A stretch of DNA of 64,000 nucleotides, from positions 1,612,001 to 1,676,000 of the forward strand of contig JAQFVV010000006.1 in NCBI GenBank assembly GCA_028023455.1. The letters run 5' to 3'. Below the pieces are notes generated by a model. The model had not been told where the DNA came from. It made no database searches and saw only the letters and a list, made by a program, of their open reading frames with translations. This document shows positions 51,801-63,856 of the stretch, piece by piece (the first letter of the stretch is position 1; each line of letters begins with the position of its first letter). This DNA is from Epiperipatus broadwayi (lineage: Eukaryota; Animalia; Onychophora). The position numbers and the translations under genes were made by a program.

Positions 51801-53526
51801 GTAAATGAGATTATAGAAATATCCTAAGCTATGGACGATCTAAGTGAGCACTGTTCTCTATTCACAATTTATCCCCACCAAGAGTGCATAACTTTTGAAA
51901 GTAGTTTTTTATTTGCATTAAATGTTAGTAAATATCATTATAGATGGCACCACCTTTAAAGTACGAAGGGCTTTTTTAAAATCATTGTTTTAGCCCCTCT
52001 TTATTATTATTAATTCTTTTCTGTTATTGCTTTCTAATTCTAATTAGTATACTGCATAGAAGTTGATGTCTTCACACACGGCTGGTTCTCGAATCTGTTT
52101 CTTTGCAATAGCTTCCTGTTTTTTTGCATTTCCAGCTGCTGGATATCAGAAGAGAAATTGTCTCATAGGACTTGTATGATACTCTAGAATTAGTTTCCTC
52201 ATCTATGACTCAACTCAAACAAGACCCCCTTTATTGATATTCAACCAAGAATCTACTAAAAAAATTCTGGCTTAAAATATGGAATTATACATAACTTACA
52301 AAACATTTACCAAATCCATAATAAATCCAGTAGGATTTCATTTGATCTTCTTAATCGTAACTGGAGTTTCACGAACAGATTCAAGACAGTCCATGGTTAT
52401 TGTGATCATTTACTTCGTAAATGGAGTTTAACAGCCACTAATTTACATAGATGTGGAAAACACAAACCATGACCCACACAGTAAATGACTTGAATCTAAT
52501 GCTATAGTGATTGTCATATCTCACCTTGCCTTCAAATAATCAACCAGTCCAGATTCCATCTTATCTTATCTAGATCGGATTAAGTGTTCATCACTATGAA
52601 TCTATGCATATACAGATAGATAACACATAGCCAATGACAAGAACAGGCCAATAGACGGTAATGCTTGCTGAATCCGAATGTCTCCATTAAGAATGGGGAT
52701 CTGGCAATAAATAATCACTCTTTTTGAAAGTAGGGGAGATAACTATGCATGTTATGCCAAGAACTACTGTCAAAGCTGAACGATGGTATACACATTCTCC
52801 AGAGACCTGAACTGCAGTATATACATTTCCCAAAGAACTACTGTCAAAGCTGAAAGACAGAATACACATTCGGGCAATAGTGATTAAGCTAATTCAGTGA
52901 ACACAGTGAGGCAAGTCCACCTTCAGGGCTGGAAGCTGCCAGAACCAAACATTGGAACAAGGCAAGCTGTAATACAGCTGGAAGTGTTGGACCTTTTCAT
53001 GAGACAGGGTGGTCAAAATATAGCTGGAAGTAGTAGAAAACTTATAAGGGCAATGGCTAGCCCTTCTTTTGTAGTTCACCCCAGAACTATGACTCTATAC
53101 CTCGCTAATAGTAGCAGGCGGAGTATACTCATTGCAAACATATTGTAAATACGAGTGTATATATTTTTTTCATATTCTGTAATAAATATAAGATTGGAAA
53201 CGTATTTCCACCTGTTTGTATTTTTATTCGGTTGTATTTACATGAGTCTGTGATTATTAAATCACATATATAATCCAGACTAATCATAAAAGTCGCAGAA
53301 TTGAAGATTCCTTACATTTTATTTATATTGTTACATTTTCATTTACCATTGTCAAATTTCCTCCACTCACAACTTTGACGCCATCCATTTCAGGTAATTA
53401 CAATAATGATTATTACTAATCATTTTCGAAACTAGAGATTATCTCTAGCACAGATATACATTTTAAACCACAGTTAAAGATTAATATATCTGATTTTTTT
53501 TAAAATTTACACGCACACGGAGTTAT

Positions 53527-53913
53527 TCACCTTTTTCTGTCCCGTATGTAATATCTTTATAGATATAATAAACACCTCCACACTTCCCAATTCTTTTCAA
53601 ATTCATATAAATAAAGATATAATAAAAGACAAACGACCCCCAAGATGCATTTCGTGATGAACCAGCACTCATCAGTTGGCCCAGATTACTATTTCTCATA
53701 TTTTATTTATAATTAAGCTGCCCCCTTTCTCTTTCCCATGTGTAATATCTTTTAGATATATAATAAACATCTCCATACTTCCCCATTCTATTTAAATTCA
53801 TCTAAAAGTATAATAAAAGTCAAATGACTCCCAAGATGCATTTTGTGCTGAACCAGCACTCATCAGTTGGCCCAGGTCAATATCTCATATTTTATTTATA
53901 ATTAAGCTGCCCC
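53527..53913 (-). mobile_element. Tandem dimer of a 191-nt ORF-less HHR repeat (retrozyme-like)
   Basis: Two similar units, with HHRs at 53640-53679 and 53831-53870, exactly 191 nt apart. Confidence 0.85.
53640..53679 (-). ncRNA. Intact minimal hammerhead ribozyme motif
   Basis: CCAA CUGAUGA GUGCUG guu CAUCAC GAAA UGCA UC UUGG, with palindromic AUGCAU and AUC triplet. Confidence 0.8.
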
Positions 53914-55204
53914 CCTCCCCCAATCAATTCATACTATAAATGAATTATTTTGAAAATCGGTAGTGTTTACTTTCTTCAGAGATGTTAATTATTTTTTTTA
54001 GTTTAGTGTTAGAAGTAATTCTAGACAAGCGGACGTTGAGATTCTTATCAGAATTCTAAATTTAAATGTAATTATCGATTTATTGTCATTTTTCGCAACT
54101 TGTCTTTCTCATTAGTACATATGAAAACTGAATATATATTTTTAAAAAATAATAATTTGGCTTGAGGGATTTTTGGTTTCATGTTTTTACATATTATGAG
54201 AGCGGGGGAAGTTATTTTCTAAATGTATTTAGAAAAAAATAATGGAAATAAGAAATAAAAGAATCTTCTATGAATGTGGATAATAACCTGTAGGCAATAT
54301 TCTAAAATAAGTCGTCATTGTAATGATGACATTAATTCTCTAAAAATATGTCTTGAATATATATTAGCTTATATAATAAACTTAAAACATTATTTATATA
54401 AACATAGCAATTCTGAAAATCGAAATCAATAGTGCGTCATTAACAAGTTGTTTTAATCGGTAAAAATTTGCGGTGATTATATAAATGCCACATGCCATTG
54501 TAGTAAATAATTATAAATGCACAAAAATCGCAGAGGCCACTCCAAACAGCCGATCATAGAAGCTAGTGGAAGAGAAGACATGATTGACTAGCCTTGTCAA
54601 TTGTCTGGGGTAGGGTTTGATTTCACGTCCGGCTTGGGTTATTCTTTAGCCAAGAATGGACTAGTACTCGTTTAGCGTTTAATAGAGGATTGTCAACTGG
54701 AGTTGGACATGGGATAGCTATCTGAAAGAAAAATTCTAAGCATAATTAGTCTCCCCCAGCTAGTATTCAAACCCAGGTTATTTAATAGCAGGCAGCTACA
54801 CTATTACCATACCATATTGATATTATTTTATTTATTAAGTTGTTCATGAGATTGAATGCTGCTGTTTCTCCCATCCTGAATCCAAACCCGGTTTATTATA
54901 ATAGAAAGCAGCTGCCCTATTACCATACCATATTAATCTCATTTTATATAATATTAAGTTGTTCGTGAGGTCAGATGATGGCGACAATAATTTCTTTAAA
55001 AAAATGATAATCGTGTGATGGGAGTTCATAAGAAGTTCAAGCATTAGGAATGATAAAGCTGGGTTGTGATTTGGCCTTGACCTCCTGAATCTACCTTGCC
55101 ATTGCAACAAATCATACAGGTCAACACTAGAATTATTTTTGGATTGCTTGGCTCTAGTCTCTACCCTTCTTTTAATTTTCTAATCCACACAGAATATATG
55201 TGTA

Positions 55205-55560
55205 TATTATTGTCTTCATCATTTTCAACCTGCATCGATTCCCTACAGAATGGTCTTTTCAAGTTTAATTCAATGTCATCCATCTCTAGCCTCTCTTTTC
55301 TACATTGCTCCAGAAAATTTCTTTATTTTATCCATTCATCTCACATATAGTCCCTTTCCAAGTCTTTTAAAATTTCAACTGTCCATCTATTATTTCTTAT
55401 AGCAATATGTCCATTCTTTGCTCCATTTCAGTTTCCTCAACTCTTTCAAGGAAGTCAATAGTAGTACCTATTCTCACCCATGTATTTCATTTTCAGTCCT
55501 TTCTTAATACTCCACTTACGTCTCTCCATACTTCATTGGATGTATTGCCAATAATTTATG
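55205..55560 (-). mobile_element. RTE LINE 3' fragment
   Basis: Reverse complement resembles 2995-3285 (WTVEIL...RWINKI...KRPFC). Confidence 0.7.
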
Positions 55561-55959
55561 AAATGTATATGTGTATGTACATTCAGTGAACTTAAAAAAT
55601 GACTTGATTTTTCTATTAAGTCATTAGAGTGTAGAAACAAAAACGAATGGAATTTGCATGAATGCATTTTATGCCAATTGAAATTGATCAGGTGCTCACA
55701 CACTGTGACATGCATATTTATACTAGAAAATTGACTTATTTAGATGATCAAATTGTAAATTATTCTGCTGCTTTCAGTAAGTGAAAAGATAAGGTATTTG
55801 ATCATGCAAATATAATTATTGCAATTAAATTAACTCTATTATTTTGCCTAATTTAATGTATGGAAGTGAAACTTGGACATTCCACTGATGCAACGTAAAG
55901 TCATAACAAAAGTTTCATTTAAGGCAGCTCCATAAAATTTTAAAAATAAGTGGCAAGAT

Positions 55960-56150
55960 CATACGATAAATTAATATGTTCTTCAACTGACTGGATGTTA
56001 CAGTATAGGGTCTAAATCACATGTGGACATGTGAAACAAATGAGCAATATAAGACTGTAAAAATGATGCTTTATGGTGAACTCAAGGATGATTTTCACAT
56101 GAAGGTAGACTACATTTACATCATAAGGATTATCTCCCAGACATTCTAAA
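55960..56150 (+). mobile_element. RTE-like 3' fragment
   Basis: KMMLYGELK motif. Confidence 0.45.
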
Positions 56151-56939
56151 GAAGTTCACTGTCATTTGTTTTCATTGTGAAGAAATTTTAGATAATACAA
56201 TATATCAAAGAGATATCTTCTTTATGAACTATTATAACTTTATCTTTCTTATTGCATTGCCAAATCCACATAATATTAATACCATCTACGTTCTTTATTA
56301 CCTTTTACAATCCACTGCGATGGTTTCGATTGTCCCAGCAATCTTGAGAACTTATACTTATATTTTATGTAAGTCGAGGTTCTGAAGAAGATTTCTGGGG
56401 CAATCAAAATCATCAAAATAGATTGTAAAAAAGCATTGCAAAAAGTAATAAAGAACATAGGTGGTATTATTATTACAAAGAGACACCATTACACACAATA
56501 ATTTCAGCAAGAAAAGGTTTTTGTAGAAATTAAGACAGCATTTTTAAATATCAGCTAAACAAAAATCAACCAGAATATGTTTTGTATGTATTTATGGTTC
56601 ATGGATGTGTTGGTATAATTATTGCAAAACTCATCTCTAGAACGTTTTTGTAAAATCGTTTTTTCATAGCACTCAAATGGACATACTCATTTGTGATTGG
56701 TTGCTACTGTTGGTATTGATATTCAATATATTATATATGTATAAATGTGATTGCTCTCCCAACGCATGCACACACAAAGCTGAATTTTTAAATTCTTTAT
56801 ATATTAAAGTAATACAAAATAAATATGTATAAGTGTGGCTGATTGCTTTCAAGGAATGTAGCCCTCATAGTTCTTTGATAAATTTTAACCGTTTTATTCT
56901 CATTTGCGAAAAATTATTCAATTCAATATTTAGAAATTA

Positions 56940-57240
56940 ATATTTTGCTTTTTTTACCATTTGGGAAACAAACATTGGTTGAGAAAAATAGACATCTCAT
57001 TGATATTATAGTTAGAATTAAGAAAATGAATGGATCTGCACTAGGCATATTACTAAAATAAATAATCCCAGATGGAATCTTGAATCCTAAACTGAATTCC
57101 AAAGACTGAAAAAGTCCTAGAAAAAGTCTCCGTGCGAGATAAATAAATTTATTGGAGTTGTGTGGACAAACTATGAATGAGAGAAATCGTATTGGAGAAA
57201 CATTCATTTTGCAGTGATTTAATGATCAAAAATATGATGA
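56940..57240 (+). mobile_element. RTE LINE 3' fragment
   Basis: IDIIVRIKKMN...SPRKSLRAR...IGETFILQ*. Confidence 0.6.
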
Positions 57241-57949
57241 AAGTACTTTATATTACATTTATGATGTTATATATTTCTTATTAATTGGTAAACATTTTAT
57301 TTAGTGTCCTACCATTCACTCATTACCAAATATGAGAAACTTTTGCAGTAGGATTGAACTTATGGCAGAGACTTTAAATTTTTATGATCACCAAACTTTA
57401 TTATTTTAGTATGTAATATGATTTAGACCATAAAAATAATCATTCTATTATAATATGCCCACATTTCAAATTCGTAAATAAAATTGACAAGACCATCATG
57501 CTCTGTTTCGTTGTTGTTGGACTCTTATCCACACCCCATCATCTATTTTCTCTATGAAATAGGAATAGAACACTTTCATTACTCACTTTTTAGAAATGAT
57601 TTTCTGTAGTTAATCTTAAAAAAAGATTAACCTCATAGTATGTGTCTACAAATACGAGAAGGGGTGGAGACAAATTGTTAAACAAGTAGATGAAGTCAAG
57701 AGAAAGAAATAGGATCCATAAATTTTTCTGATTACTGTTATCAAATGTTACTGCATTGATATAAAATGAAGTTTAATGGAATAGAATGTATTGTAAATAT
57801 ATATCTAATATTGTTAAATTCAAAATTGATTGTTAATATTTAATAATATTGAAATTTCTCTACCTATAAATCGTTTAAAGTGCCGCAATGAAACAACAAG
57901 GCTAATAATAGTTATGGATTAATTATATCGCATTTGTAAATATTGAAGA

Positions 57950-58480
57950 GTAGCCAATCTTTAAAAAGACGATCAGAGGACAAACACTTTTTCAATATCT
58001 CATTATGAAGAAGACTTTATTTATTAAATCTGACATTACCCACTATTAGGATTTGAATGGATCTTCATTTTTGTATATATTCTTTAGATAATAATAATTA
58101 TATACTCCTTATTGATCAACTTTTCATGGCTAGTTAGGGTCAATTGTCTGAATAAAAAATCCTAAACCTGATTGGAAGCAGCAAAAAATTTGTTAATTTT
58201 GCATGACAGCAGTCGGATGTTCTATCACTATGCGATATGGCCTTTGCCCATTTGGTTACGATATTGATATGTCATGGCTACTAAATTGGTGTGGATTGTT
58301 GATAGCCCTACGCTATTAATGAAAGAAATGCAAGCATAATGAAGAGAGATTTATGAGAGGTTTGTCAATTTTTCAAGCGGTATGCAGCTATTGGGATAAA
58401 ATGTATTACACGCAATATCTGAAGCTAACATCTCTTCAAATTTATTTAATTTAATTTGAGGTGCATTAAATTTCCCGTTT
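57950..58480 (+). mobile_element. Possible mariner transposase relic
   Basis: Weak frameshifted matches to the WI, YSPDLAP-like and RG..WxKCI segments. Confidence 0.35.
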
Positions 58481-58581
58481 TGTATTTTTTTTCATTAGGA
58501 TTTACATTTTTAGTACTAGTATTTCTATTAGTAGTTTGGGTAATATATTAGTCTTGGTAATCCTTATTTCTGCTCTTACAG

Positions 58582-58696
58582 TGCATTTGTTCATCGATGT
58601 GGGCGAACTGCTAGAATAGGTAATACTGGAAATGCTGTGGTCTTTCTGTTGCCATCTGAAGATGCTTTTATCCAATTTATTGAAATTAACCAGAAG
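58582..58696 (+). CDS. DDX55: Next coding exon of the same helicase, motif VI region
   Basis: Flanked by ctcttacag and gtaagc. 115 bp, translates as (S)[48 protein letters not shown] is the DDX55-type motif VI, and the phase matches the previous exon exactly. Confidence 0.92.
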
Positions 58697-58904
58697 GTAA
58701 GCATAGAGTTTGTTTTGATTTGCTTTTAAAAAATTTGCTACTTTTACGTTTAAATAGGAATGAGTGTGTAACAAGTAAGCAGCCACAGATGCTTAAGTGC
58801 TGACATCATTTTTAATATCCTGTCATGTGATATTCATATTGATTATCATTGCACACCATTTCTATTAACATCAGGGTAATAATTTCAAAAACATATTAAA
58901 GTAT

Positions 58905-59250
58905 ATTATATATGTAAATAGAGGGATTTGAACTCAGGATTTTCCGTCTATTCATCCTCCATTCTATCCCAAGCAATCGGTACACATGACCACACACATG
59001 CGAAAAAGATACATGATCCCCCATATATGTATTTTGTGCAGAAGCAGCACTTATCAGTTGGGTAACATCATAATCTCCCTCATATATATATATACAATCA
59101 GTGCTCTGTTTATATTAAGATAGCAATTCCTCAAACTTAATATAAACCGAGCGCTGATTTATATATGTGGTGGAGATTATGACCTTGCTTGAGATAGAGT
59201 GGTTGATACTGAAAAATCCTGAGTTCAAATTCTTTTATATTTACATATAT
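58905..59250. mobile_element. Family B repeat with inverted 3' end and dead HHR (59018-59062, minus)
   Basis: Core reads CUGAUAA and AAAA. 58905-58970 is inverted at 59185-59250. Confidence 0.68.
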
Positions 59251-59368
59251 AGGGAACATTTAGTATAAGCAAATAATATACTGTCTTAGAATTACATATC
59301 AAAATTTATTAATATATTTTTTGTGAGCTTGGATATTGGAATTAATATTTTACAAGATTTAATTATAA

Positions 59369-59958
59369 ACAAGGCAAAACTCTCCATACAGTAATGCCAC
59401 CTTGTGCCAACAAGAGTAAACAATGGATGCCAGAAGGCTAGTGTATAAAATCCCTATTTAATGCCTACTCATCCACTATCCCCAGACTAGTTTCTGGATT
59501 GTGGTCTTCGTCAGTGGGGAGCTTTGGATCGGAGAGCACTGCACCTAGATCTTAGGATCTAATGCAACCCTCCAGCAACCACCTTTTATCTCTACTTAAC
59601 TATAAAACTATGAGAATGAAATTGAAAACACAATAATATTTTCAATCTAAGCTCAATAGCTTATATAATCATTTATAGTTAAGTAGAGATAAAAGGTGGT
59701 TGCTGGAGGGTTGCATTAGATCCTAAGATCTAGGTGCAGTGCTCACAGATCCAAAGCTCCTCACTGACGAAGGCCACAAGCCAGAACCTAGTCTGGGGAT
59801 ATTGGATGAGTAGATATTAGATAGGGATTTTATGCACAAGCCTTCTGGCATCCATTGATTACTCTGGTTGGCACAGGGTGGCACTACTATATGGAGAGTT
59901 TTGCCTTGTTTATAAACAATTATGTGCTAGTATAAGAGATAGTGATCGTGTGATGCTT
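59369..59958. mobile_element. Family A head-to-head cassette, about 244-bp arms
   Basis: 59363-59606 vs 59672-59915. HHRs at 59480-59519(-, core intact) and 59759-59798(+, GAAC). TSD aagatttaattataa at 59354-59368 and 59959-59973. Confidence 0.88.
59480..59519 (-). ncRNA. Minimal hammerhead motif (core intact, weak stem II)
   Basis: CCCCA CUGACGA AGACCACAAUCCA GAAA CUAG UC UGGGG. Confidence 0.62.
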
Positions 59959-60027
59959 AAGATTTAATTATAATAATATTGCATATATAGCATACATCAA
60001 CAACACCATAACGTTTTTAACTCTCCA

Positions 60028-60067
60028 GCTATGAATATGAGGTTAAAAGACCTCGAAAGCGCTAAGC
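60028..60067 (+). ncRNA. Variant hammerhead (A3:U8 core), second locus
   Basis: GCU AUGAAUA U GAGGU uaaaag ACCUC GAAA GCGC UA AGC. Confidence 0.68.
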
Positions 60068-60508
60068 CTGATATTTAATTTTGATATTTCTAACTTCACC
60101 AACAAGCATTCAAAGCACAGTATAATTACTAATAATATTTTTGAAAAAATAGTTCTTTGTATGCACTAATGGTAAATATCTTTCGCATGTGAGACTTGCT
60201 AAACGTCAATGTAATAAATTTGTAAATCATATCTTGTATTAATCTACTAACTAGATGAGATATGTCACTTAGCCATATGATATTAGTAAATTCGTAATTT
60301 AATCTACTCTCAGTTGTAATGAACATATGTATTTTATTAATTTTATCAATCATAGAAATAAATATTGACTATTAACTTTTATATATATAAAAGTGAAACC
60401 ACAGTGAACATTAGGTATTGTTCCATGACTCCCTCCGTCACATTCTTTTTATATAATAGTTTATGTAAATAAGCATTTATTTTTATATAGCGCTATGCCT
60501 ACAATTGT

Positions 60509-60763
60509 ATTATATTCAAATATCAGCCTTTCAAGCTAATTGTGCAAGCGCTTTTTTGCGAGTGTTAATAATAAATGAATACTTTTTTTGCCAGTACTTC
60601 AGATTTGCTCATATATAAGCATTTGAGTTGTAGGAATAAGTGATTCATTTTATTCCTGCATAAATACTATATCTTGTATTGGAAAGGAAAGTATTCATTT
60701 ATTATTAACACTCTCAAAAAAGCGCTTGCCCACTTAGCTTGAAAGGCTGATATTTGAATGTAA
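60509..60763. repeat. Inverted repeat, about 76-bp arms and about 100-bp spacer
   Basis: 60509-60585 vs 60688-60763. Confidence 0.75.
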
Positions 60764-63714
60764 TATAATAGTTTATGTTTTGTTGATAAACTTTGATTGG
60801 AATAGAATATGTATTGTCTATTGAACCATAATTATACAGTTCTCTTCAACATACTTATATAATAATAACAATCTTTATAAATATATTGTAACAGTATGAA
60901 ATGGAGAAGTAAGCAAGATATGATTATAGATTTGGTTAAAACACTTTCTTCATATAAATGTTCCTAAATAATAGGTTGTTATGGCAAACCAATAATCTGT
61001 ATGGTCCAACAACTAATTTAATGGAATCCGGAATTTAAGAAATACGAAATAATGTGCGCTAATAGTAGGATCATATACATGTATACCAGAACTTAAATTT
61101 CCATTCACACAATCGCAATCTAAAATCTAATTTGTTAATAGGTGTTGCTAGTTCTGATGAAAGTATTAAATATTGAAGGTAAATCTTAATAATATTAATA
61201 TATACAAAATTGCATATCATTGATACTGAAGCATTTATGAGTTAAGATTCAATTACATAAACCTATTTGAATAATGTAAGAATTAAAGTAAATAAAGTTA
61301 GGATTTCTATTTCAATGAATCATTGTAGCCTCCATGGCCCACTGCTGCAGGTGACAGAATACGGTCCCTGCACAGGTGAATCATAATTTAGTGACTTAAT
61401 AAAGTTGATTTGAAACAACTACAATGTTTTATTTACATTTGTAGCTAAGTTGTAGACTACTTAAAGTAGATATCATAGGTAACATTTAAATGATAAAAAC
61501 TAGGAGTGTATTTACACTGTGAATGGTTTAAAACAAAATACTATTTCAAATAAAAGTTTAACTTGCATTTAGATGAATTCTTTTAACAATAATTTAATAA
61601 ATAAAAGTGCGAATTTATTACGGTCTATGTTAGGATATCAGACCTAAACAAGTTATCTTTGCAATCTTCGTGCAATGATTGTTTACACTTTTATCAACTT
61701 ACATGACCTTCATTAATTGAATGTATATGTAATTGTTTCCTCTATATAAACATATATACATGAAATGATTCTTTACTATATATATATATAATTAAATTTA
61801 AATAAAATAGAAAAGTCTGTAACGTTATTGGAATAAATGTTTGAGTATTTATCATATTTGGTCGGATGATAGGATCAGTATAAGATCTTGTAAGTATTCA
61901 GTTAAAGTGAAATATTAATAATACAAAAGGATCTGGGCATGGTTTTTGGAATAATCCAGTATCCTTTCCCTGTGCACTTTAATTCTTTTAGATATTTAAT
62001 ATGTAATTCACAATTGTGTAATCCACTTTCTTTATATGTGTATCCAAATGCAGGCTTCAACAAGTAATAATTCTTGTGTCATTTACCAAATTAGTAGTAT
62101 TCTAATTCCTTTTAATATCAGCTATAAATTTATCTGTCCGTTTATTGCATTGTACACAAATGTTATAATTTATATATTTATAATTCCTATGTGCATATAA
62201 TACATACATTTCCAATAGGATGTGAGAAACAGACTATATACAATAAATGACACCATGATCTCATGATTAAAACCAGATATATTAAGATTTTCTATTTTCT
62301 TTTCCCTTTTCCTTTTAATAAATAATCCTTGTATTAAATGTTGAAATCTAATTTTGTTCTTTTATGGAACTGGAATTTTATTTTCTGATGGTTAACATTT
62401 TATTCCCAATATGTGTGCATTTATATCTGTTTGTATGTTTTAAATTCGAACGGTAATTTGATGAACATTTTGTTGAAAGTAAGAACAAATTTTATAATGT
62501 GATAGGAATCGTGATTTAGTTGTTACATAACCGTAATTGATGTCTGTGGTCCTTAAGAACAGACGTCAACATTGTTTGTCCTAAGCACTTCATATTATAT
62601 TGTTCTTTTCTAAACATTTTTATGAATACACACATTTCTTCTAAATAAAATATCTTGAACGAAATGTAGCTTTTTTTCAGATGGTTATGAAAAGCTATAA
62701 ATACACCTTTACCCCACTTAACGATGGCAATTGGTCCTTCAAAACTCATCGTTAAGCAAGATATCATATACAAAATACATAATTATAATGGGGGTCTATG
62801 GGAAAAAAATTGGTCGGTTCCAGTTGATGTAAAATATCCACATTGATTTCCAAGCTCAAAGATTTTCTTGATTTTTTCATGACGATGACTAAATACGGTA
62901 TCTAAAAAGAAAAGTTTTATATCACTAGGAAAAAAATGCATATTTTCACTTTAAAAAGTACAGAACAGCAAAAAGAAAGAGAAACTAAATTTGAATTTAA
63001 GAATTTTTATATTCTTCCGCAGAAGTTTTTCATCATAATGAAAAAAAAATTCATACTGAAGTGCTTTTTTTAAAATTTTGTATTACAGTACATATTACTG
63101 TACATTTATGTTTATTACTTATGTGAAATTATTCAAATTAAAAAACAATGTTTAATTATTAATTATTTAATTGAACATAAAGACTTATTACTGTACTTCA
63201 CAGTAATAAAATGCTTAATGCATATCGTAAAGCAGTCAACTTTAGAAAAAAAAATCAACTTATTTTAAAAGTAAAAAATCTAACTTCTAATTTTCTAAAA
63301 CATACATATATAGACACAGGTATATAATAAGCCTGTGTTTCAGTTATAACATACAGCAAAGTTTATTTTTCTTTTATTTTTTTTACTATATTTTTAGTAA
63401 TGTAATAATGCCCGCCTCCCCCGTTCGTGTAGAAGAAAATTCATTAACATTTATTTTAAATACAATCTGTTTTTTTTTTTTAAACTTTTCTAATTCAACA
63501 TTTTTGTTTTAAAATGTTGTTTTTTCTTTTGAATTGAAACAACTTGAGTGTAAACAACATATTTATTAACGAAGTTACAAAATCAATAACTATTTTTACT
63601 TAATTATCCAGGTGTTCTAAAAATAATCTATTGTAATTAATAAACACACGCACACAGTTTAATATTCATATTTAGTGTTTTCCTGAAAGTTTGTAATGGT
63701 AGTTTTTTAGTTGT

Positions 63715-63856
63715 CCTGTACCGTATTTATATATTGGAATATTTCATCATCTAATATGTGTTGAATGTCTTTAGAAAAATTAAACTTTATTTAAATAATC
63801 CAAGTACTGTACATTATATTTAAATAAAGTTTAATTTTTCTAAAGACATTCAACAC
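63715..63856. repeat. Family D tail fragment folded into a perfect 40-bp hairpin
   Basis: 63758-63797 vs 63817-63856. Sequence matches the tail at 11095-11180. Confidence 0.78.

Larger units (their letters stand above)
46762..58581 (+). other. 11,820-bp GT-AG intron of the helicase gene
   Basis: Canonical donor and acceptor, and the reading frame is continuous across the two exons. Confidence 0.85.

Noticed and set aside
7493-59062. Recurring cagcactcatcagttgg word as a CRISPR-like repeat
   Set aside because: Dispersed, on both strands, with no regular unique spacers, in a eukaryotic context. It is explained as the antisense of the HHR core.
152-62773. Most ORFs in the supplied six-frame track
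   Set aside because: Short, low-complexity (F/L/I/Y-rich) and without domain motifs, or antisense to repeats. Only 11459-11698, 19101-19325 and 23137-23574 carry recognisable TE peptides.
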